Origin: an uncultured SAR86 cluster bacterium
GTDB lineage: Bacteria; Pseudomonadota; Gammaproteobacteria; Magnimaribacterales; TMED112
NCBI GenBank assembly: GCA_902579195.1
Contig: CACHFV010000001.1
Span: 9,089-73,088 of the forward strand
DNA: 64,000 nt
Direction: 5' to 3'
Part shown: positions 40,142-51,009 of the stretch, in pieces
How the letters are laid out: every line of letters begins with the position of its first letter
How positions within the stretch are numbered: position 1 is the first letter of the stretch
Position numbers and translations under genes: made by a program
Notes under the pieces: model-generated
Databases searched by the model: none
Told to the model about the DNA's origin: nothing
Seen by the model: only the letters and a program-made list of their open reading frames with translations

Positions 40142-40704
40142 TCCTTCACTCTGCCTACATATGAACCGTCTCGGGTATCTATTTTGACGGTATCCTTCTC
40201 ATTAATAAATAAAGGGACCTGAACCTCGATACCAGATGATAGTTTTGCTGGTTTAAGGGCATTAGAAACAGTGTCACCTTTAAGGCCGGGTTCGGTGCTC
40301 ACAACTTTTTTTTCAACAAAAGTCGGAGGCTCAATATTTAAGACAGCGCCATCCCAAAAAAGAATTTTGCACTCCTCCTCCCCATCAAGCCAATGCTTAA
40401 TTTCACCAAGTTGCTCACTGTTAACCTCAACTTGTTCGTAAGTTGATTGATCCATGAACACGTAATTTTCACCTTCGCTGTAAAGAAATTGAAAATCTTT
40501 TTCAATAATATCAGCGCTTTCAACGCTCTCCCCAGACTTGAAAGTTCTCTCCCAAACCTTTTGGGTACGCAGGTTATAAAGCTTGGTTCTCATAACTGCT
40601 TGCCCCTTTCCTGGCTTATGGAACTCATATGAAAGAACAGAACATGGCTCTCCTTCAATAAGTAGCTTCATGCCTTGTTTGAACTGGTTGGTTGAATACT
40701 TCAT
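40138..40704 (-). CDS. efp: elongation factor P
   Basis: 188 aa with the KPGKGQA loop carrying the modifiable Lys; C-terminal OB domains. Confidence 0.95.
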   Translation of the reverse strand: MKYSTNQFKQGMKLLIEGEPCSVLSYEFHKPGKGQAVMRTKLYNLRTQKVWERTFKSGESVESADIIEKDFQFLYSEGENYVFMDQSTYEQVEVNSEQLGEIKHWLDGEEECKILFWDGAVLNIEPPTFVEKKVVSTEPGLKGDTVSNALKPAKLSSGIEVQVPLFINEKDTVKIDTRDGSYVGRVKE

Positions 40705-40745
40705 TTTTGCTGATTATTGTCTCATAATTTCTTTAGGAAAAAATT

Positions 40746-41633
40746 ATGGCAAAATCTATTTTACAACCTTTAACGTTTCTTTCTATTACGGTTTTTACAT
40801 TTTTAATCTGTTGGTTGCTTGGGGCAACTGTCAGCGAAAATACATTATCGATAAATGGCACTTCTTTAATTATGAAAGCTATGTGCATCTCTTTTCTAAT
40901 TCATGGAGTTCTTTTTATACCTTCATACCTTTTTCAATCAGAAAAATTTTATGACCTCACAGGGTCTGTGACCTACGTTACTACTCTTGGCTACGTTGTC
41001 TATGAGGCTTATCAACTCACTGGAGGCCTAGATATAAGAACCTTAGTTATCGCAGCCTGCATAATGATTTGGACATTAAGGTTAGGAAGTTTTCTTTTTT
41101 GGAGAGTATTAAAAGATGGGGAGGACAAAAGGTTTAGATCTATTCTGCCAAGTTTTACACAGCTTTTAATGACCTGGGCGCTTTCAGCAGCCTGGGTGTT
41201 CATACAATCTCTTTCAGCCCTAGTTGCGATTACTGCACTGACTCGCGTTGAGTTTGGTGTTTTAGGTTATATTGGGCTAGCTTTATGGATCTTTGGCTTT
41301 CTGTTTGAAGTGTTGGCTGATCATCAGAAAACACAGTTTAAGGCTAACCCTGCAAACGAAGGCAAATTCATAAACGAAGGGCTATGGACCAAATCACGAC
41401 ACCCAAATTATTTTGGAGAGATTGTTCTTTGGCTTGGCATATCAGTAATGTCTGTTTCAGTAATGTCTGGAATGCAGTACGTTTCATTAATATCGCCTGT
41501 CTTTAGTTTTATGCTCATTTACTATGTCAGTGGTGTAAGAATGCTTGAAGCTAGGTCGGACAAAAAGTGGGGAAATTCAGCAGAATACCAAGACTACAAA
41601 AAGAATGTACCCATCTTCGTACCCAAACTTTAA
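40746..41633 (+). CDS. DUF1295 / steroid 5-alpha-reductase-like membrane protein
   Basis: Multi-TM protein with the GLWTKSRHPNYFGEIVLW signature of the DUF1295/ICMT-like superfamily. Confidence 0.75.
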   Translation: MAKSILQPLTFLSITVFTFLICWLLGATVSENTLSINGTSLIMKAMCISFLIHGVLFIPSYLFQSEKFYDLTGSVTYVTTLGYVVYEAYQLTGGLDIRTLVIAACIMIWTLRLGSFLFWRVLKDGEDKRFRSILPSFTQLLMTWALSAAWVFIQSLSALVAITALTRVEFGVLGYIGLALWIFGFLFEVLADHQKTQFKANPANEGKFINEGLWTKSRHPNYFGEIVLWLGISVMSVSVMSGMQYVSLISPVFSFMLIYYVSGVRMLEARSDKKWGNSAEYQDYKKNVPIFVPKL

Positions 41634-41736
41634 AAACGTGTATTTTATACATCTAAAAAAAGCCGCAAAAAGGGTGTAAAATCTAAAGAATTTGATATAT
41701 TTAAGCACCAAGTTTAAAAAAAAGGGTAAAAAAATC

Positions 41737-42486
41737 ATGAAATCGTACGTATATTTATTATCCCTATTGGCGTTTTTTGCATTAAGTGATGGCGCTGATA
41801 TTGACCAGATTCTGGAAGTGAATGATAGCAATATTATTCAATCAGAATCATCTCAAGAAAAGGTTGATAACCTTGCCGACGAAAAAGATTCACTCCTAGC
41901 CGAATGGAAGGTTGTGGTAAAACAAGTCGAAGGATTAAAAATCTATAATGCTCAAAAGAGACAACAGATCAAAGCCCAGGAAGAAAGGCTTGTAACCCTA
42001 GCTGAACAAACAAGACAAGTTGTCGTTATTCAAAGACAGATTCCGCCACTAATGCAAAGAATGGCAGATAGTCTTGAACAGTTTGTTAATCTAGATGCTC
42101 CATTCTCACTTAACGAAAGAGTTAAGAGAGTTAACCAGGTTAGAAATACATTATCTGACCCTAAGGTGACAGCATCTGAGCAAGTTAGACAAGTTCTAGA
42201 AGCTTATAACATCGAAAGAGAATACGGCAGAACAATTGAAACATATGAAGATGCTATTGTCCTTGACGGCGAAGAAAAGGTTGTAAACATTCTAAGAATC
42301 GGAAGGCTTGCACTTTTGTATCAATTAAAAGATCAAAGCGAAGCTGGAATCTGGGATACAGAAACAAACCAGTGGGTAAAAGTTGATGGGTACAGAATTC
42401 CTGTCAGAGACGGTATTAGAATGGCAAATAAAGTTGCTCCTTTAGATCTGCTTTCTGTGCCTGTTAAATTTGAAGGAGGTGAATAA
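41737..42486 (+). CDS. DUF3450-type periplasmic coiled-coil protein of a TonB2-type cluster
   Basis: Track ORF 41692; ATG 41737 gives the signal MKSYVYLLSLLAFFALS. Coiled-coil region. First gene of a cluster whose order matches Vibrio TonB2-type systems as I recall them. Confidence 0.65.
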   Translation: MKSYVYLLSLLAFFALSDGADIDQILEVNDSNIIQSESSQEKVDNLADEKDSLLAEWKVVVKQVEGLKIYNAQKRQQIKAQEERLVTLAEQTRQVVVIQRQIPPLMQRMADSLEQFVNLDAPFSLNERVKRVNQVRNTLSDPKVTASEQVRQVLEAYNIEREYGRTIETYEDAIVLDGEEKVVNILRIGRLALLYQLKDQSEAGIWDTETNQWVKVDGYRIPVRDGIRMANKVAPLDLLSVPVKFEGGE

Positions 42487-43865
42487 TGAGAGCTATTAAG
42501 ATCCTATTAATCTCCTCACTATTATTCTCTGCAAATCTTTTTGCACAAGAAGCTGAAACAGCACCTGCACCAACTAACTTGGATAAGTTGCTTGAGCTTG
42601 TAAAGGAAGGTAGAACCCAAGAACAGTCTGATAATGATAAGCGAGAAGCTGAATTTAAAGCTTCAAGAGACAAGCAAAACGAAATTTTAAAAGCTGAGCA
42701 AAGAGAGCTTGCAAGACAAGAAAGAATTGCTGATCAATTAGAAGAAGAGTTTAGAAAGAACCAAGAAAAATTAAGAGTTGCTGAAGAAGCATACTTGAAA
42801 CAACTAGGTTCTCTAAACGAGCTATTTGGACATATGCAAAGTATTAGTACTGATTCAAGAGTAACTTTTGAGTCATCTCTTACTGCTGCTGAGTTTGGTA
42901 AAGACAGGGAAGACTTCCTTAAAAACCTAACTCAAAAAATGGGCGAATCTACAGAGCTTCCAACTATAGTAGAAATTGAGCGTGTTTGGTACGAGATCAT
43001 GCGTGAAATGAAAGCTACAGGGGAAGTTAGCAGATTTAGTGCTCAAGTCATTAATGTTGATGGCACACAAACGAATTGTGACGTTGTAAGAATAGGTGTG
43101 TATAACGCAGTTTGTGGTAACAAATACTTAGAGTATGTTCCATCAAAAGGCCAATATCAGTTCTTAGCAAGACAGCCTGCGGGCAGATACACAAGCTCAG
43201 CAGGAAGAGTTTCTGATGCTGATGCGTCAAGCGGTTATGTAGGTTTCTCAGTGGATCCAAGTGGCCCATCAGGTGGAGCATTACTTGCTAACTTAGTACA
43301 AAACCCATCTTTGATTGAGAGAATAAACCAAGGTGGATTAATTGGTTACATCATTCTAGCCATTGGTGCGATAACTATGCTTTTCGCAATTTATAAGTAC
43401 ACAATGCTATGGATGACAAGCAGAGCTGTTCAAGAACAACTAGCTAATGACAAACCAGATGATTCAAATCCTCTTGGAAGAGTTCTCAATGTTGGTAAAA
43501 CACATATGAAAGACGAGATAGACAGGCTTGAGTTAAAACTTGCTGAAGCAATTATGGGTGAAAGGCCTGCAATTGAAAGAGGTATTAGTTTTGTGAAGAT
43601 TGTCTCAGTTGTTGCACCATTAGCTGGTCTATTAGGAACAGTTACAGGTATGATTATCACATTCCAACAAATTACATTGTTTGGTACAGGTGATCCAAAA
43701 ATCATGGCTGGTGGTATATCACAAGCACTTGTTACTACAGTTCTTGGTCTTGTGGTCGCTATTCCAACAACACTTGCACACTCATTCTTGCAGTCTTCTG
43801 CAAGGTCTGTTGTGGATGTTTTAGAAGAACAAGCAACTGGTATTGTTGCTGAGAAAGCTAAATAA
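42486..43865 (+). CDS. large MotA/TolQ/ExbB proton-channel family protein (TtpC-like)
   Basis: 459 aa: signal, long periplasmic/coiled-coil N-domain, then a C-terminal 3-TM MotA/ExbB core (APLAGLLGTVTGMIITF...ALVTTVLGLVVAIP). Confidence 0.8.
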   Translation: MRAIKILLISSLLFSANLFAQEAETAPAPTNLDKLLELVKEGRTQEQSDNDKREAEFKASRDKQNEILKAEQRELARQERIADQLEEEFRKNQEKLRVAEEAYLKQLGSLNELFGHMQSISTDSRVTFESSLTAAEFGKDREDFLKNLTQKMGESTELPTIVEIERVWYEIMREMKATGEVSRFSAQVINVDGTQTNCDVVRIGVYNAVCGNKYLEYVPSKGQYQFLARQPAGRYTSSAGRVSDADASSGYVGFSVDPSGPSGGALLANLVQNPSLIERINQGGLIGYIILAIGAITMLFAIYKYTMLWMTSRAVQEQLANDKPDDSNPLGRVLNVGKTHMKDEIDRLELKLAEAIMGERPAIERGISFVKIVSVVAPLAGLLGTVTGMIITFQQITLFGTGDPKIMAGGISQALVTTVLGLVVAIPTTLAHSFLQSSARSVVDVLEEQATGIVAEKAK

Positions 43866-43867
43866 CA

Positions 43868-44410
43868 ATGTACTGGCTTACTGAGCTTTATATTTCTCTT
43901 AGAGACTTTATGGAACAGGGTGGGCCAGTATTATGGTATATAGCATTTCTAGTTACATTCATGTGGGCTTTAATTTTTGAAAGAGTTTACTACTTCCTTT
44001 TCGTTCATGACGATTTTGCCCAAAACATAAAAAGTAAATATCTTTCAATGAAATTTAAATCCCCATGGCACAAAAACCAAACCAAAACCAGATTTATATC
44101 TGAAGGAAAAATATCAATTAACAGAAACGTTCAACTCATACAGGTATGTATTGCATTATGTCCACTTTTTGGATTGATGGGTACAGTTACTGGTATGATC
44201 GAAGTTTTCCAAGTTATGGCTTTTACTGGTGGTGGTGACGCAAGGTCTATGGCTGGAGGTGTGTCAAAAGCAACTCTTCCAACAATGGCTGGTATGGTAT
44301 CATCATTATCAGGAGTATTAGCTATGATTTGGGTAAAAAACCAAGTTGAATCAAATGAATTGATGATGGTTGATTACGTAACTGGATCAAGCAAACAAGG
44401 AGCAAAATAA
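43868..44410 (+). CDS. exbB: biopolymer transport protein ExbB
   Basis: 180 aa with the MotA/TolQ/ExbB core CPLFGLMGTVTGMIEVF...ATLPTMAGMVSSL. Confidence 0.85.
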   Translation: MYWLTELYISLRDFMEQGGPVLWYIAFLVTFMWALIFERVYYFLFVHDDFAQNIKSKYLSMKFKSPWHKNQTKTRFISEGKISINRNVQLIQVCIALCPLFGLMGTVTGMIEVFQVMAFTGGGDARSMAGGVSKATLPTMAGMVSSLSGVLAMIWVKNQVESNELMMVDYVTGSSKQGAK

Positions 44411-44820
44411 TGAGAAGAAATGCAATAAGTGCAGCTGCTCGAGAAGAAGAAAGTGAAATTAATTTAACACCTATGCTTGATGTTGTTTTCATCATGCTTA
44501 TTTTCTTCATTGTTACAGCTAACTTCATTAAAGAACCTGGCTTAGAAGTAAATAGACCAGATTCTGATACATCTGAAATACAAGAAAATGCTGCAATTTT
44601 GATAGCCATTGGTGGAAATGATGAAATTTACATGGATGGAAGAAGAATTGATGTGAGACAAGTAAAAGCTAATGTGCTGAAACTTTTAGCTGATAATCCA
44701 CAAGGCACTGTGGTTATTCAGGCTGATGAGACTGCAAGTGCTGATGCCATTATTCAGGTAATGGATGGTGCTAGAGATGCAGGAGTTTTTGATATTTCTT
44801 TAGCTGCTGAACCAGATTAA
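44410..44820 (+). CDS. exbD: biopolymer transport protein ExbD
   Basis: EINLTPMLDVVFIMLIFFIV N-terminal TM signature; 136 aa. Confidence 0.88.
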   Translation: MRRNAISAAAREEESEINLTPMLDVVFIMLIFFIVTANFIKEPGLEVNRPDSDTSEIQENAAILIAIGGNDEIYMDGRRIDVRQVKANVLKLLADNPQGTVVIQADETASADAIIQVMDGARDAGVFDISLAAEPD

Positions 44821-44823
44821 TTT

Positions 44824-45453
44824 ATGACTACTGATACAAAACGTTATACATTTGTAGCGATGGCCCCTCTGGTGGCCTTTCTGCTATTTGTGTTTATGGT
44901 TTTGTTGGTCAGTACAGGAGACCAAGGCGATGTTGTTAAAGGTCGAAAGATTGGTGATGTCATCATGCCAGATAGAGAAATTGAAACTATTCTAAATGAA
45001 GAAGTTGAGCCGCCTGAAGAGCCAGAAGTAGCTCCGCCAGATATAGCTCCTCCTCAGCTAGATGTCACTCCAATTGCTGTTTCTGCATCAGGAGCAAAGC
45101 CTGATATAAGTTTTAATCAAGGCTCTGGATCTCTTTTTAGAGATGGGGATTACATTCCTTTATTTAAAGTGCAGCCAGTCTACCCACGTAGAGCACAAGA
45201 AAGAGGCATCGAGGGCTATGTCATTGTTGCATTCACAATTACAGAATCAGGCACTATTGAAGATCCATATGTAATTGAGGGTAAGTGCAGGTCGCAAAAT
45301 AACAGAGATAGCGATTATAATGATTGTACTATGTTTAATTCAGCAACTATGAGAGCAGCACTGAAGCTTAAGTACAAACCGACTGTTCGAGATGGTAAGA
45401 CAGTCGCTGTTGAGGATGTGCCGCATAAATATACTTTTGAGTTGGAGTCATAA
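44824..45453 (+). CDS. tonB: energy transducer TonB
   Basis: N-terminal TM, Pro/Glu-rich spacer (EEVEPPEEPEVAPPDIAPPQL), and a C-terminal TonB domain (PVYPRRAQERGIEGYVIVAFTITESGTI). Confidence 0.85.
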   Translation: MTTDTKRYTFVAMAPLVAFLLFVFMVLLVSTGDQGDVVKGRKIGDVIMPDREIETILNEEVEPPEEPEVAPPDIAPPQLDVTPIAVSASGAKPDISFNQGSGSLFRDGDYIPLFKVQPVYPRRAQERGIEGYVIVAFTITESGTIEDPYVIEGKCRSQNNRDSDYNDCTMFNSATMRAALKLKYKPTVRDGKTVAVEDVPHKYTFELES

Positions 45454-47039
45454 TGAGATTTTTATTTTTGTTAATAACATTAGTGCTTTCTTTCGAAGCT
45501 ATCCCGACAACTGGGGTTGTTGCCATAGGGACGGAAGGACTGCCTGAGTTAATTTCTGAAGAAGACCAAAGACTGTCAGAGAGAAGACGTTCAAAAGTAT
45601 TAACCCAATCGGTTGCAAGAAAAGTTCAAACCATTGTTGAGGCCTTAGATGAAGCTGGTTTAATAGAAGATGAAAAGACTCTTCTTATCAAAGCAAAAAA
45701 ACCTGAGGAAGCAGCAGCAAAAGACATTGAAATAAAAAGAGTTATAGCAAAAGGCCAAAAAGAGCTTAATGATCTTAAAGGACGATTAGATAGTATTAAA
45801 AGTTATGACAGATCTATGGTTTGGTACTATCAAGCATATATAAATCTTGCCTATGCAGACAATATTAAAGGAGCAAGAGATAACTATTTGAGACTTATTA
45901 ATGAAGAGGATGCAACACCACAAATCAAGCTAGCAGCTTATTACACATTGTCACAGCTTTATTTATCAGAAGAAGATTTTAATAATGGTGTTAAATACCT
46001 TCTTCTATGGTTTAAAAAGACACCAGAGGTAACTCCACAAGCCTATGTCTTGCTTGGTCAAGCATATTATCTTCTCAATGAATATACCAAGGCATTTAAC
46101 AATATTGTAGAAGCAAAGAATTTATCAGATGAGAGAGGTCTTTCATTCAGAGAAAATTGGTACTCTCTTCTATTGGGCTGCATGGATGAGCTAGATCTGA
46201 AAAATGAACAGGTACCAGTTTATGAAGAAGTTCTAGAAAAATTTCCTAAGAAGAAATACTTTGTTAACTTAGCAGGACTTTACAGTGAGCTAGAAAGGCC
46301 ACGAGACTATACAGGCCTGCTTAAAACAGCATACACCAAACAATTACTCGACAAGCCAAGTGAGTTTCAATCATTATCACAAATGCTACTAGCATCTGGC
46401 AATCCATATTGGGCAGCAGAAGTTATGCTAACAGGCATGTCCAGAGTCCCAGGCTTGGTTGTTGTTGATCAAATGTGTGAAATGAGTAAAGTATTAGATG
46501 AGGACGGCAATCTCAAAACTGACCGTGACGGTGTTGTTGAAGAGCTTGTTTGTACAGATGTATATGGGCCTGCATTTGTCACACCTGGTTCCCCGCAAGC
46601 CTTAGAGGCAGATGCAGAGCCAATATTAGAGGAAGATAAGAGAAATCTCACCATTCTTGCTGAATCATTAAGAGCAGCCAAAGAAAGAGAAGCTGCTATC
46701 GAAATATTTCAAAAATTAGCAAAAGTTACCGATGACGGAGAAGCTTATATAGCTATAGGCAATCTTTATTATCAAGAAGATGAAATTGATCAAGCTATTG
46801 CGGCCATAGATAAAGGGCTAAAAAAAGGCAATCTTAAGAATCCAGGTTTTGCACAACTAACATTAGGTCAAGCCCTCTTTGAAAAAGAGAGATTTGATGA
46901 AGCTAGAGAAGTATTTAATAAGGCAACTCAAAGCAAGAGTGATTCTGTTAAGAAAACAGCAAGGTCTTGGTTGAAATATACAGACAGCGAACAAGAAAGA
47001 GTTAAAAATCTTAACCTAAGAAGAGAATCTATTTCTTAA
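45453..47039 (+). CDS. TPR-repeat protein of the TonB2-type cluster (TtpD-like)
   Basis: Signal peptide and several TPR-like A/Y/L-patterned repeats (AYIAIGNLYYQEDEIDQAIAAIDKGLK, LTLGQALFEKERFDEAREVFNKA). ATGA overlap with tonB. Confidence 0.7.
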   Translation: MRFLFLLITLVLSFEAIPTTGVVAIGTEGLPELISEEDQRLSERRRSKVLTQSVARKVQTIVEALDEAGLIEDEKTLLIKAKKPEEAAAKDIEIKRVIAKGQKELNDLKGRLDSIKSYDRSMVWYYQAYINLAYADNIKGARDNYLRLINEEDATPQIKLAAYYTLSQLYLSEEDFNNGVKYLLLWFKKTPEVTPQAYVLLGQAYYLLNEYTKAFNNIVEAKNLSDERGLSFRENWYSLLLGCMDELDLKNEQVPVYEEVLEKFPKKKYFVNLAGLYSELERPRDYTGLLKTAYTKQLLDKPSEFQSLSQMLLASGNPYWAAEVMLTGMSRVPGLVVVDQMCEMSKVLDEDGNLKTDRDGVVEELVCTDVYGPAFVTPGSPQALEADAEPILEEDKRNLTILAESLRAAKEREAAIEIFQKLAKVTDDGEAYIAIGNLYYQEDEIDQAIAAIDKGLKKGNLKNPGFAQLTLGQALFEKERFDEAREVFNKATQSKSDSVKKTARSWLKYTDSEQERVKNLNLRRESIS

Positions 47040-47532
47040 GATACTCAACCACTTCAAAAGAAAATTCATTTACATCAGATTTTGCAAAATGCTCTGATTT
47101 GTCTTGATCCCATTCTGAAAGATTAAAGCTAGGAAAATAAACATCACCCTTAATGTTTGGAGCATCTACCCAAGAAATAACTAGTTTGTTGACGTACTTC
47201 ATGCCTTCGTCAAAAATTCTAGCGCCACCTATGAGTACAAGCTCATCTTGGTCTGCTGAGATAGAGTAATTGGTTGCTAATTCTATGGCATCAGTAAGAT
47301 TTCGAGCTATTGTTAAGCCTTCAGCTTCAGCCATTGTGCTTGAAACGACAATGTTGAATCGATTAGGCAAAGGCCTGCCTATTGAGTCATAAGTATTTCT
47401 TCCCATTATGATGGCTTTATTCATTGAGTAGTTTTTGAAATGCTGGAGGTCGTCTTTTAACTTCCAAGGCAGGTCATTATTAACACCAATAAGATTATCG
47501 GCATTCATTGCGACTAAAGATGAGATGATCAT
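47029..47532 (-). CDS. folA: dihydrofolate reductase
   Basis: [44 protein letters not shown]. Confidence 0.93.
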   Translation of the reverse strand: MIISSLVAMNADNLIGVNNDLPWKLKDDLQHFKNYSMNKAIIMGRNTYDSIGRPLPNRFNIVVSSTMAEAEGLTIARNLTDAIELATNYSISADQDELVLIGGARIFDEGMKYVNKLVISWVDAPNIKGDVYFPSFNLSEWDQDKSEHFAKSDVNEFSFEVVEYLKK

Positions 47533-48317
47533 ACTGCTACTTTAGCAGGGATATGTGGATGAAATTGATAATTAACAAGCTCAAAGTCTTCAAATTCAAA
47601 CTCATCAATTGATTTTTTAGGCTGTACTATTATTTGTGGTGGTTCAAGTGGTTTTCTGCTTAGCTGTTCTTCCGCTTGCTCAAGATGGTTTAAATATAAA
47701 TGGGCATCACCTAATGTATGAACAAAGTCTCCAACCTCTAAATCACACACTTTAGCTATCATGTGTGTTAGCAAAGCATACGAAGCAATATTAAAAGGCA
47801 CACCTAAGAAGATGTCAGCACTTCTTTGATAAAGCTGGCATGAAAGTTTGCCATCCACAACATAAAATTGAAACAGTATATGACATGGAGCTAAGGCCAT
47901 GCTCGGTATATCAGCTACATTCCAAGCGCTTACAATATGTCTTCTGCTATCAGGGTTATTTTTAATCTGATCTATGACACCTGTAACCTGATCATGGATG
48001 CCATTGGCCCCTTCCCATTTGCGCCACTGTTTACCATAAACTGGGCCAAGGTCACCGTTATCGTCCGCCCACTCATCCCAAATGGACACTCCATTCTCTT
48101 TCAAGTACTTAATATTGGTATCCCCTTTTAGAAACCATAAAAGTTCATACGCAACAGATTTAAAATGAATTTTTTTAGTTGTGACTAATGGAAAAGACGC
48201 TTCTAAATTGAAGCGCATTTGGTGGCCAAAAACAGATAAGGTTCCTGTTCCTGTTCGGTCTCCTTTTTGCTTGCCAGTGTCTCTAACTCTTTGAAGTAAA
48301 TCTAGGTATTCTTGCAT
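47529..48317 (-). CDS. thyA: thymidylate synthase
   Basis: [12 protein letters not shown], active-site [13 protein letters not shown], and DAHLY. Confidence 0.97.
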   Translation of the reverse strand: MQEYLDLLQRVRDTGKQKGDRTGTGTLSVFGHQMRFNLEASFPLVTTKKIHFKSVAYELLWFLKGDTNIKYLKENGVSIWDEWADDNGDLGPVYGKQWRKWEGANGIHDQVTGVIDQIKNNPDSRRHIVSAWNVADIPSMALAPCHILFQFYVVDGKLSCQLYQRSADIFLGVPFNIASYALLTHMIAKVCDLEVGDFVHTLGDAHLYLNHLEQAEEQLSRKPLEPPQIIVQPKKSIDEFEFEDFELVNYQFHPHIPAKVAV

Positions 48318-49117
48318 TATTTTCGGTTAAGAATGATTACTCCTAATATTATCATAGGTATAGACAATATCTGTCCCTGAGTTAAAAAACTAAACAATAA
48401 AAAGTCATTTCCCCACACCAGATCAGGTGTTCTGAATATTTCAGCTATTGAACGTGTAACACCGTAACCTATAAGAAAAATAGCGGTAAGTTTTCCTGCA
48501 TTGCCAGAAGGCTTAAAAAAATAATTTAATAAAACATACAAAACCACTCCCTCTAAAAAAGCCTCATATAATTGTGATGGGTGTCGCACCAAGCCCTCAG
48601 GATCAGTAGGAAAAATCATACCCCAAGAGACATCAGTTGGACGACCATATAGTTCAGCATTGATAAAGTTGGCTATTCTGCCAAGAAACAAAGCGATAGG
48701 CACTTGCGGGACAAGCCAATCTGTCAGTTGGAAAAACTTATAACCTTTTCTATAGGCAAAAATCCAGACACCGACCATTACACCGATGACACCACCATGA
48801 AAGGCCATGCCGCCCTCATATATTTTTAAAAAATATAAAGGATCTTGAAGTTGTAGATGAAAATCGTAAAAAAGCACGCTGCCTAATCTTCCACCAATAA
48901 CAGCACAAAGCAATCCATATACAATCACCAGATCCTCAGCATCATTTTTTTCCATTTGAATATTAAATTTGCTTCTTGTTTGCAGCATTCGTAGGTAAAT
49001 CAGATAAGCCCCAACTACATATGCCAGCCCATACCAATAGATATTTATTGATTCACCCCAAAAACCAGAAATAGGAATTGAAATTGCTACTGGGTCTATA
49101 TTTGGATATTCAATCAT
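48317..49117 (-). CDS. lgt: prolipoprotein diacylglyceryl transferase
   Basis: Track ORF starts at TTG 49132; ATG 49117 ([14 protein letters not shown]...) is preferred. [45 protein letters not shown]. Confidence 0.93.
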   Translation of the reverse strand: MIEYPNIDPVAISIPISGFWGESINIYWYGLAYVVGAYLIYLRMLQTRSKFNIQMEKNDAEDLVIVYGLLCAVIGGRLGSVLFYDFHLQLQDPLYFLKIYEGGMAFHGGVIGVMVGVWIFAYRKGYKFFQLTDWLVPQVPIALFLGRIANFINAELYGRPTDVSWGMIFPTDPEGLVRHPSQLYEAFLEGVVLYVLLNYFFKPSGNAGKLTAIFLIGYGVTRSIAEIFRTPDLVWGNDFLLFSFLTQGQILSIPMIILGVIILNRK

Positions 49118-49905
49118 TATGCAAAAAACCAATACAAAAAGATTGGTACCAATTGAAGAGCGTACAGCGTCTGAAAAACTTTCTCGTTAACTTTTTGTGT
49201 CATGTATGCCCCAAATCTTGAAGAAAATGAACTAAAGATCACTATACATAATAATGAAAGATAGTTTACATATCCAATTGAGTAGTCAGGTAGGCCTTGA
49301 GTATTCAAACCTAAAAAAATATAAGTTCCAGCACCAATTAATCCTACTGGAAGAGTGCATGTAACAGAGGTTCCAGCAGCTCTTCTCATATTCTCACCCA
49401 TAAATTTTAGGAAAGGACCTATAAAAATTCCCCCTCCAAGGCCAAAGGTTGTGGAAACTGTACCAACTAGCCCACCAAATGGTACGGCCTGAATTATGGG
49501 GATATCCACAAAGCTATCTTTGTTCTGCATTTTAAAAAACATACGCAGTGATACCAGTAATATAAAAATAGCAAAAATTTTCTTGAACAATTCTTTTTCT
49601 GCACCAACAGAAATAAATGCACCCAAAATAGCTCCAAATGCAATGCCAGCAAAAAGCTTATAGAAATTTGTCCAGGATATATTTTTATTTCTATGATGCA
49701 CTGGTATTGCTGACAACGAATTAATCACGATACACGCTAGAGCAGTTCCAAGAGCTATAGGGATGCTAATCTCATCAGAATACCCCATCTGTGTATACAA
49801 GAAATGAAGTGCTGGTACTAATACAATCCCTCCGCCTACTCCAAAGAAACCTGCTAAAAAACCTGAAAGAATGCCTACTAGAGGATAAATGAGCAGCTCA
49901 ATCAT
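49117..49905 (-). CDS. TauE/SafE (DUF81) family anion exporter
   Basis: Eight hydrophobic helices with duplicated GFFGVGGGI / GLGGGIFIGP motifs. Confidence 0.8.
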   Translation of the reverse strand: MIELLIYPLVGILSGFLAGFFGVGGGIVLVPALHFLYTQMGYSDEISIPIALGTALACIVINSLSAIPVHHRNKNISWTNFYKLFAGIAFGAILGAFISVGAEKELFKKIFAIFILLVSLRMFFKMQNKDSFVDIPIIQAVPFGGLVGTVSTTFGLGGGIFIGPFLKFMGENMRRAAGTSVTCTLPVGLIGAGTYIFLGLNTQGLPDYSIGYVNYLSLLCIVIFSSFSSRFGAYMTQKVNEKVFQTLYALQLVPIFLYWFFA

Positions 49906-51007
49906 CTGATAATTTTTTTGCCTCCTTTGAGCCTAGTGATACAAGTCCTTGTATTCTTGATGATACTGAGCCCTTGCCATCTATTAATTTATTTCGCGCA
50001 TCGTCATATTTTTTTTGCGACTGTGCTATGGAATTGCCTAAACTATCCATAACTTCTGTGAATCCACCAAGCTTATCAACTAATTTTTGAGCTTCATCAT
50101 AAACCTTAATAACACTCTCTCTTTGACCATCAAGCCTCCACAGGTTTTCAACCATTTTAATAGATATATGAAGTATGGAGGGGCTGATTAAAGCGATGCG
50201 TTTCTTGTCAGCATAAGCAACTAAATCTGGGTCAAACTTTAAAGCTACACTTAAAGAATCATCTATTCCAAGAAACATGAAAATTAAATCCGGTGTGTTT
50301 AATTCTTCAATTTGATGATATTTGGTATTGCTAAGATCATTGATCCTGTCTCTGATGTTTTTAGTTAGTAATTTACCAAGTTTTTGCTTTTCTTCAGCAG
50401 AATCAGTATTGCAATATTGGTTATATACAGTGAATGAGAACTTTGAATCAATAATAATATTTCTATTTTGTGGCAAATAGATAACAGCATCAGGTATCTC
50501 CCTGCTGACATCACCATCAGATTTAACTGTGAACCCTTTTTGTAAAAGATAGTGAGTATTTTCTTCAAGTCCAGAACTCTCAAGAAGCATTTCTAACTTC
50601 AGCTCGCCATAATCACCTTGAGTTTTGCTGTCTCCTGATAATGCTTTAGTTAATTTATTGGCATCTGAGGTAATCTGGTTGGTTTGTTCAATAAGGTTAT
50701 CGATTGTGAGCTTAGTCTTGGCATGAAACTCATGTTGTTGACTAGTGTTCTTTCTAACTTCTTCTTCAAATTCTTTTATTCTTTTCTTAAAGGGCTCAAT
50801 AATATTTTCAATATTTTCTTTTGAAGATTTTTTGAAATCTTCTTCCCTTTTTGCATAAACAGATTCTATTGAGTTTGAAATTTTTTCTTCTAGTTGCACA
50901 GACAAAACTGAAGAATCTGATTTTTTCTTGGCATCATTGATTAAAAAAACAATTGTTCCTAAAGCAATGAGCAAAAATATTGTTAAAATTGTGACTACTA
51001 GATCCAT
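49898..51007 (-). CDS. rmuC: DNA recombination protein RmuC
   Basis: N-terminal TM, long coiled coil, and C-terminal RmuC nuclease-like domain (GDYGELKLEMLLESSGL...PDAVIYLP...IIDSKFS...FMFLG). Confidence 0.85.
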   Translation of the reverse strand: MDLVVTILTIFLLIALGTIVFLINDAKKKSDSSVLSVQLEEKISNSIESVYAKREEDFKKSSKENIENIIEPFKKRIKEFEEEVRKNTSQQHEFHAKTKLTIDNLIEQTNQITSDANKLTKALSGDSKTQGDYGELKLEMLLESSGLEENTHYLLQKGFTVKSDGDVSREIPDAVIYLPQNRNIIIDSKFSFTVYNQYCNTDSAEEKQKLGKLLTKNIRDRINDLSNTKYHQIEELNTPDLIFMFLGIDDSLSVALKFDPDLVAYADKKRIALISPSILHISIKMVENLWRLDGQRESVIKVYDEAQKLVDKLGGFTEVMDSLGNSIAQSQKKYDDARNKLIDGKGSVSSRIQGLVSLGSKEAKKLSDD

Positions 51008-51009
51008 AG

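Noticed and set aside
41634-41736. A Fur box was expected upstream of the TonB cluster.
   Set aside because: No sequence resembling GATAATGATAATCATTATC was found by eye. The absence is reported as an observation, not as a feature.
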